Assembly (NCBI RefSeq): GCF_006345805.1
Contig: NW_021830110.1
Coordinates: 1 to 5,242 of the forward strand
Direction of reading: 5' to 3'
DNA length: 5,242 bases
Origin: Octopus sinensis
Taxonomy: Eukaryota
In this document: positions 1 to 5,242 of the stretch, one piece after another
Layout: every line of letters starts with the position of its first letter
How positions within the stretch are numbered: position 1 is the stretch's first letter
Notes under the pieces: model-generated
Databases searched by the model: none
What the model was told of the DNA's origin: nothing
What the model saw: only the letters and a program-made list of their open reading frames with translations
Program-made: the position numbers and the translations under genes

Positions 1-56
1 TCTTAATTAGCCCATCTTTTTCTCATTTCTCTTCCTTTCATTCGATGTGAGGTGGT

Positions 57-116
57 TGTGTGTGTGTGTGGTGGGTGTGTGTGTGTGTGTGTGTGTGCGT
101 GCGTGTGTGTGTGTGT
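57..116. repeat. (TG)n microsatellite, slightly interrupted
   Basis: Direct reading: near-continuous TG dinucleotides with a GG interruption and two TGCG variants. Confidence 0.97.
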
Positions 117-149
117 TCCTAGACACAGGCACTCACCCACATACATGCA

Positions 150-357
150 AATATATATTTCTGCACGTATGTGTTTTATTATATATATATATATATTATA
201 TATATACATACACACATACATTATATATATATATTGTTTTATATGTATACACACACATATATTACATATATGTATATATTGTTTTTATTTATACATACAC
301 ACATATTTACATATATATATGTATTATTCGTATATACATATATAAATATATATAAAA

Positions 358-402
<45 letters not shown>

Positions 403-472
403 TATAGATATATATATATATAAATATATATATATACATAAATATATAATATATATAATATAAATATATATA

Positions 473-512
<40 letters not shown>
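150..512. repeat. Degenerate (TA)n/(CA)n low-complexity tract with pure (TA)n runs at ~364-398 and ~474-512
   Basis: Direct reading. The overlapping I/Y-rich ORFs on both strands are translations of the repeat. Confidence 0.95.
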
Positions 513-515
<3 letters not shown>

Positions 516-951
516 TGTATGTGTAAGCGTTGTGTACATCGTTGAATACGTTATGCGTGCGCATATGACAAGTGATTTGGGAGCGAACGGCATTGTGCTC
601 AATCATATATGCCCTATATGGTCGGTCGTATTATATGCCACGCTTGTATTCAACATTAAATATTTACATTAAAATATTCACCTGAAGGAGAAATAAACGC
701 AGATTGATTTGTAAAAATATTCATTGTTATTCTGAAATATATTTATTCTAAAATATTCAACAAAATAAATAAATAAATGTTTGTCTTTTTTTTTTTTTCT
801 TTTATTCAAAAGCTAATGTTAAATGTTAGAATGTAAATTTTGAAACGGCAACCAGTCATGCCTCCTATGTGTATTTTAGATGCCCCGGATAATCTGTCGA
901 AAGGGGGTTTAATCTCTTCAATAAAAGAAACTAAAAGAACGGCTCCATTAC

Positions 952-1019
952 TTTTTTGTTTTTGTTTTTGTTTGTTTTGTTTTTCTATTTTTTTTTTTTT
1001 TTGGTTGGTTGTTTGTTTG
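952..1019. repeat. T-rich (TTTG)n / poly-T low-complexity tract
   Basis: Direct reading. Confidence 0.9.
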
Positions 1020-1024
1020 ACGAC

Positions 1025-1200
1025 GGTGGCGTTAGATTGGCAGGATCGGTAGAGAGTTCGCGAAAATAACTGCTGTTTTTCTTTTTTGTTTGTTTGTTTT
1101 TGCTTTGTTTTTCCTGGAGTTTTTGCATTCTGAGTTCAAATCCTGCCAAGGACATTCTTTTTTTTTTTTTTTTTTTACTCTTGCAGGGTTGATAAGATAA
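1025..1200 (+). mobile_element. Old, diverged tRNA-derived SINE with internal T-rich expansions
   Basis: Pol III A-box-like TGGCAGGATCGG (1038-1049) and B-box GTTCAAATC (1134-1142). TTCTGAGTTCAAAT is shared with 4202-4215, and CTTGCAGGGTTGATAA (1180-1195) resembles CTTACAGGGTCGATAA (4244-4259). Confidence 0.75.
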
Positions 1201-1222
1201 CGTAAAACTCATATAATTGCGC

Positions 1223-1278
1223 AGATAGTTAGACAGACAGATACACAGACAGACAGACAGACAGATAGATAGATAGAC

Positions 1279-1343
<65 letters not shown>
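1223..1343. repeat. Compound (GACA)n(GATA)n microsatellite
   Basis: Direct reading. Confidence 0.97.
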
Positions 1344-1424
1344 TTTTTCTGCGTCGTTTTCAACCAAAACTAAGTTTATATTGAATATTATCCTGTGAAT
1401 GTTTAGAATACTATTCTTGATTAG

Positions 1425-1463
1425 CAATTCTACAGCCTTGTATCAATTTCTACAGCCGGGTAT
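1425..1463. repeat. Imperfect 19/20-bp tandem duplication
   Basis: CAATTCTACAGCCTTGTAT (1425-1443) is followed by CAATTTCTACAGCCGGGTAT (1444-1463). Confidence 0.75.
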
Positions 1464-1496
1464 ATTTGGAGAGTTTTCCTTTCGTGAATTCTATCC

Positions 1497-1621
1497 CGTT
1501 GTAATTTCGTCGAGGTCAACTTTCAGGATCGATAAAATATACACTAGTCACGTACTGGAATGGATATAAACGACTTACTGCATCCCCTAAAATTGTTGGT
1601 ATTTTTGCCATAATTTGAAAC
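1497..1621 (+). mobile_element. Diverged SINE fragment, same family as 4181-4350, with an internal deletion
   Basis: AATTTCGTCGAGGTCAACTTTCAGGATCGATAAAA...CTAGTCACGTACTGG...CGACT...CCCCTAAAATT aligns by eye with AATTCCGTCGTGGTCGACTTCGCCTTTCATCCTTACAGGGTCGATAAA...CCAGTTACGTACTGG...CGACT...CCCAAAAAATTT at 4213-4319. Confidence 0.75.
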
Positions 1622-1809
1622 TGCGATCACTGAATGAAGAGCTAAAAAACCAGCTGTACCAATTCCAACATAACATACACGTATTCCTCGTGTTTTACAC
1701 TTTTCAAAACGTTCATGTAAGTGAAATTCAATAATGGGAAACCTATTATCGTGAATTCAATCATGTGGTGTTCTGGTAGGTAACTAGAATAAAGGTGACA
1801 TCACCAACA

Positions 1810-1890
1810 TCATTGTTCGACCGTGGTCGAGACAATGGAATTTACTATGTTACACCAGACTTCATGGTCCATCATAACATTACGGATGTC
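1810..1890 (-). pseudogene. C-terminal end of RTE-clade ORF2 (DIRNVMMDHEVWCNIVNSIVSTTVEQ*)
   Basis: Resembles the AMxDRxxWRxxV motif typical of RTE ORF2 C-termini (from memory of the family). It is followed directly by the stop codon and a trinucleotide tail. Confidence 0.7.
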
Positions 1891-2250
1891 AGTTGATACC
1901 ATTTCTGGTAAGGGCTTTGAAATAAAATCTAGAAGTTCCAGACACCCAGCTGAACACTTAACAGGCACTGACTTTGCTGACGACATCGCAGTTATCAGTG
2001 ATTCTCTCCCCAATGCCCAGTCTCTTTTACAATCGCTTGAACAAGCCTCAAATTGTGTAGGTCTTTACCTCAATGAGTCCAAGACTGAATATGTAAACAA
2101 GTGCCTGTCCAACAGTGATTTCATCATCCATACTCTCAACAATACGCTCTTAAATATGGTTTCTGATTACAAATATCTTGGGTCATACACATCATCATCT
2201 GAAAAAGATTTTCTAACTAGAAAGGGTATGGTCTGGTCAGCCTGTAATGA
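1880..2250 (+). pseudogene. Reverse transcriptase fragment, RTE clade (catalytic FADD region plus thumb)
   Basis: Open frame LRMSVD...RSSRHPAEHLTGTDFADDIAVIS...GLYLNESKTEY...DYKYLGSY...RKGMVWSACN. FADD at 1973-1984, KYLG at 2171-2182. The RRHPA-like motif before FADD and the W after KYLG are RTE-type. The N-terminal RT motifs and endonuclease are absent. Confidence 0.9.
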
Positions 2251-2399
2251 ATAAAGGTAACAATCTCTTCTAGATTAAGTTAAGATTAGGCACTTTTGAA
2301 AATTTAGAATTTATACTAAAGAAGAAACAAGGTGTTCAGAAATTACACATTTGATATTAAGATTCACCATAAATGATATAAGTGTAATGATGGTTAAGC

Positions 2400-3490
2400 T
2401 ACCAAAGGTATTTCCACCATCAAAGAATAATGGACAGAATAATACCACTCCTCACATGTTCCTACGTACCATTCTCGTACACAAATCAATAAGTAGGTCA
2501 GAGCCACCGACCACTTACAAATCATCCCCCACTTTTAAAAATTAGAGACAATCTTGAACAATCACCACCTTCTGTCTCTCCCCCTTTACAAAGTTCACAA
2601 CCACTGCTGCTCCACCGAATTAAAGCTAGGAGACACTAACTTTTCTATAACATCTCTCTTGATCTTTCTTTCTTCTGAACTTCTAAGCAAACAATGTTGT
2701 AATCCTTGACATTAGCAAAGCCTCAAAGATGTCTAGAATGGGAATTTGCAAGCTAATTTTCCTGCATATGAACTTAATCCGAATCTCAACTCTTGGATCA
2801 AACCTTTTCAACCGCTTCTCTGAAAGCATACTTTGAGAGAGATCTTTTCAACTTACCCTTTAATCAAGCTTTCTCGGTCACCCCCAAAACTCTGTTATTT
2901 CTACTATATTCCTTTCTTATGTACGCTAGTAAAAATCTACCTACGAGTTATAACTTCTAATGGCGAACACAAATATGCAACGTTACTGTCTAATTTTGCT
3001 TCAAACCTCATCGCGCTGACATCATCCGCATGGTAGCAAAACACTTACCACTAAACTTGCTCTGATTCACCTAAAAAGGAATTGAGGCTATCTTTCAGTT
3101 GGGACATGAGAACTTCAACACATCAGCAGTATGTTCCTTCTCGAGCCATGCCTGGCTCAGAAGGGCCGGTTTCCCGGTTTCCTTGGCGTATAGGTTCCCC
3201 AACTGGACGGGACGCCGGTCTGTCGTAGGTGTTCTGCAAGATGCAGGAGAAAAGAGTGAGAGAAAGTTGTGGCGAAAGAGTCAGCAGATGTTCGCCATTA
3301 CCTTCTGCCGGAGCCGCGTGGAGCTTAGGTGTTTTCGCTCGTAAACACACACATCGCCCGGTCTGAGATTCGAACCAGCGATCCCTCGACCTCTAGTCCG
3401 CTGCTCTAACCACTAGACCATGTGCCTCCACAACACATCAGCAGTACCAAGACACAACTACTATACACGTGTAAACGGCACGAGAGCAAT
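2400..3490 (+). mobile_element. Old, frameshifted non-LTR RT remnant (CR1/Jockey-group), interrupted by a SINE
   Basis: Collinear degenerate RT motifs across several frames: HHLLS (~2562-2576); VVILDISKA (LDISKA 2705-2722); DV*NG...PAYELNPNLNSWIKPF (2728-2808, cf. DRVWH..LL.KL..YG....L..WI.SF); GHPQNSVISTIFLSY (2876-2920, cf. GVPQGSVLSPTLF); HKYA--TL (2968-2985, catalytic DD missing); IEAIFQLGHENFN (3081-3119); and KTQLL resuming after the SINE (~3449-3463). Outer boundaries are approximate. Confidence 0.75.
3132..3430 (-). mobile_element. Apparently full-length tRNA-derived SINE (~300 bp) with a perfect 16-bp TSD
   Basis: On the - strand: A-box TGGTCTAGTGG (3420-3410) and B-box GGTTCGAATCT (3376-3366). 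Flanked by CAACACATCAGCAGTA at 3116-3131 and 3431-3446. 3'-terminal hairpin at 3143-3158. Confidence 0.92.
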
Positions 3491-3502
3491 AAATGATTAG
3501 AT

Positions 3503-3603
3503 TCTCCATCGATTTCGGTGATGGGTATGTAGTTTTTCGGCCAACTATATGATCTATTCTGTGAATTAACGTGTAAAACGGGCTGTGTATTCCACATGCA
3601 CGT
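3503..3603 (-). mobile_element. Possible diverged SINE 3'-tail fragment
   Basis: The - strand text TGTGGAATACACAGCC...TTACACGTTAATTCAC resembles an octopus repeat tail as I recall it (unverified). The old LINE reading appears to stop just upstream. Confidence 0.35.
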
Positions 3604-3677
3604 GAACCCTAAATGTAATTATCTCAAATAATCTCAGCGTCAAAGCGTGTAAAAAGACTATGTACTTTTAAATTACA

Positions 3678-3872
3678 GGCAGAATCCCTCCAACAGGTTT
3701 CTACACAGATTCCAACAGGTTTCTACACAGATTTCATCAACCTAAATTTACTTACAAAATTTCGATCGATCCAAAACTGTGCTAAAAGATATTTGCTCAA
3801 GATACCATGCAGTACGATCCGGACATCGCGATTGAGAAGTGAACTTCTTCAACATTCGGCCATATTGCATCC
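3678..3872 (-). mobile_element. Diverged tRNA-derived SINE with a CORE-like segment
   Basis: On the - strand: A-box-like TGGCCGAATG (3862-3853), a degraded B-box, then GGTATCTTGAGCAAATAT (3806-3789) resembling the CORE-domain motif GACCTTGGGCAAGT. Confidence 0.65.
3689..3732. repeat. Perfect 22-bp tandem duplication
   Basis: TCCAACAGGTTTCTACACAGAT at 3689-3710 and 3711-3732. Confidence 0.97.
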
Positions 3873-4061
3873 ACACGCATAAGTTAACATCAAATTTATA
3901 GGTAAAGACAAGGATTTAGATGTTTTCCGGTAGTCTCTCTTCTAAATTAAACGTTTACAAAATGATCAAATCTTTATCACAATGATTCGAAATATATTTA
4001 TATACCGAAAAATACCGTTTATGACCCTCACTAAAATCTCATCTGACGGCGACATCGACAA

Positions 4062-4350
4062 TCGGGGTCGATTAAATAAGTACCAGTTACGCACTGGAGG
4101 TCGATATAATCGACTTAATCTGTTTGTCTGTCCTTGTTTGTGCTCTCTGTGTTTAGCCCCTTGTGGGTAGTAAAGAAATAGGTATTTCGTCTGCAGCTAC
4201 GTTCTGAGTTCAAATTCCGTCGTGGTCGACTTCGCCTTTCATCCTTACAGGGTCGATAAAGTAAGTACCAGTTACGTACTGGGGTCAATCAAATCGACTG
4301 GCACCCTCCCAAAAAATTTCGGGCCTTGTGCTTAGAGTAGAAAAGATTAT
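4062..4350 (+). mobile_element. Tandem dimer of SINE bodies lacking the A-box head (period ~185 bp)
   Basis: TAAGTACCAGTTACG at 4077 and 4262 within similar ~50-bp blocks (4064-4115 vs 4250-4299). B-box GTTCAAATTCC at 4208-4218, with no A-box upstream of unit 2. Confidence 0.85.
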
Positions 4351-4585
4351 ATATCACATCCAAAAGGACAACATCCAGTTAATTTTCAGAAGATTAATTT
4401 AGAGGAAGGCTACAGCTATTAATTCACAGACTTATTCTTTCCCTCGCGCTGATTAGCCTTAGAGCGACAAACCAAAGTGCGAGTCACTAAGTAGTCACTT
4501 GACTCCCGTAATTAGCAGCCAAATTCCCTCACATCATACCATACCATCTTTGGAACGTGTGTGACCCTTCAACAAAGGAAAATCA

Positions 4586-4658
4586 TTTACTCTTTTACTC
4601 TTTTACTCTTTTACCTTTTTCAGTCATTTGACTGCGACCATGCTGGAGCACCGCCTTT
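4586..4658 (-). mobile_element. 5'-truncated SINE 3' end with a (GAGTAAAA)n tail
   Basis: On the + strand about four TTTTACTC units (4586-4614) are followed by hairpin CAGTCA-TT-TGACTG (4621-4634) and CCATGCTGGAGCACCGCCTT. This resembles a common octopus SINE end as I recall it (unverified). Confidence 0.65.
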
Positions 4659-4741
4659 AAAAAATGCAGACCAGCCACCGGATGCCGAAACCATCATAAA
4701 TATATATGTCTTTCTAATCAAGACAACATAATTATTAGCAA

Positions 4742-4810
<69 letters not shown>

Positions 4811-4841
4811 CATGCTGCCATGCTGCCATGCTGCCATGCTG
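4742..4841. repeat. (TAC)15(TGC)8 followed by (CCATGCTG)4
   Basis: TAC at 4742-4786, TGC at 4787-4810, CCATGCTG at 4810, 4818, 4826 and 4834. Confidence 0.95.
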
Positions 4842-4937
4842 GAGCACCGCCTTTAAAAAATGCAGACCAGCCACCGGATGCCGAAACCATCATAAATATA
4901 TATGTCTTTCTAATCAAGACAACTTAATTATTACCAA

Positions 4938-4977
4938 CTACTACTACTACTACGACTACGACTACTAATACTACCAG

Positions 4978-5026
<49 letters not shown>

Positions 5027-5053
5027 GCTGCTACTGCTGCTGCTGCTGCTGCT
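4938..5053. repeat. Interrupted (CTA)n-(CAC)n-(TGC)n microsatellite
   Basis: Direct reading. The poly-V/poly-A ORF on the - strand is its translation. Confidence 0.93.
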
Positions 5054-5242
5054 GACTCTGCAGCTGCTACTATTACAATTATAAACGTTTTAATTATTGA
5101 TCCTTTCCCTTGCGTGAGGCATGAAAGCATATTAAAAATATTTTAATATTTCTTCTTCCGAAGAATCATTATAAAGCACTCAACACGTCACCTTTATTTT
5201 CTTTTTACACTTTTAATAACTTTTTTTATTTCTTCCATTAAA

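Larger units (their letters stand above)
1787..2262 (-). mobile_element. RTE-clade non-LTR retrotransposon insertion, 5'-truncated and 5'-inverted, with target-site duplication
   Basis: Direct repeats GAATAAAGGTGACA (1787-1800) and GAATAAAGGTAACA (2249-2262) match 13/14. On the - strand the ORF2 C-terminus ends at TGA (1812-1810), followed by a degenerate (TGA)n tail. An RT-core fragment lies on the + strand at 1880-2250. Confidence 0.8.
4638..5053. repeat. Tandem duplication with 196-bp offset, including a compound trinucleotide microsatellite
   Basis: 4638-4727 is identical to 4834-4923 (90 bp). Each copy is followed by TAATTATTA and a (TAC)n-(TGC)n tract. Confidence 0.95.

Noticed and set aside
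3-606. Seven overlapping ORFs on both strands
   Set aside because: They are translations of (TG)n and (TA)n repeats (I/Y/V/C/H/T runs) with no protein-like content.
840-1427. ORFs 840-1052, 985-1212 and 1209-1427
   Set aside because: They are built from T-rich tracts, a decayed SINE and GATA repeats, with no recognisable domain.
1823-2254. 143-aa ORF as a standalone functional mini-RT gene
   Set aside because: Its first ~19 residues are the antisense reading of the inverted LINE 3' end, and the stop falls in the TSD. It is a rearrangement product lacking the N-terminal RT motifs.
3099-3350. ORFs of 81 aa (+) and 75 aa (-)
   Set aside because: They lie almost wholly within the SINE and are chance open frames in GC-richer repeat sequence.
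3360-3430. tRNA gene on the - strand
   Set aside because: A- and B-boxes are present, but I see no convincing acceptor stem. It continues into a ~230-nt body and is bounded by a TSD, so it is a SINE head.
4060-4300. CRISPR-like or regulatory array suggested by repeated palindromes
   Set aside because: There are only two long units, without repeat-spacer periodicity, in a eukaryotic repeat context. SINE bodies explain them.
4475-4552. Possible old SINE tail (AGTCACTTGAC...TAGCAGCCAAATTCCCTCA)
   Set aside because: The resemblance rests only on memory. There is no second copy, box motif or TSD in the window to support it.
4620-5130. Poly-Ser and poly-Val/Ala ORFs on the - strand
   Set aside because: They are translations of TAC/TGC microsatellites.
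1-5242. A novel multi-gene biological system
   Set aside because: The only protein homologies are two dead LINE RT remnants of different clades. Nothing suggests a functional RT-associated system.

Overview
AT-rich, non-coding eukaryotic DNA made almost entirely of microsatellites and layered retroposon remnants. I can support no intact host gene, and most listed ORFs are low-complexity artefacts. The repeat families resemble cephalopod (Octopus-like) tRNA-derived SINEs; this is recalled resemblance, not a database result. The best observation is at 1787-2262: an RTE-clade LINE insertion bounded by a 14-bp target-site duplication (13/14 match). Its ORF2 C-terminus, 3' stem-loop and (TGA)n-like tail lie on the - strand, joined head-to-head to an inverted, still-open RT-core fragment (FADD, KYLG) on the + strand. 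This is the geometry of a twin-primed, 5'-inverted insertion. Also present: an old frameshifted CR1/Jockey-group RT remnant (~2400-3490) interrupted by a SINE with a perfect 16-bp TSD (3132-3430), several related SINE copies of different ages including a tandem dimer, and a 196-bp tandem duplication with a (CCATGCTG)4 junction. I see no evidence of a novel protein-coding system.
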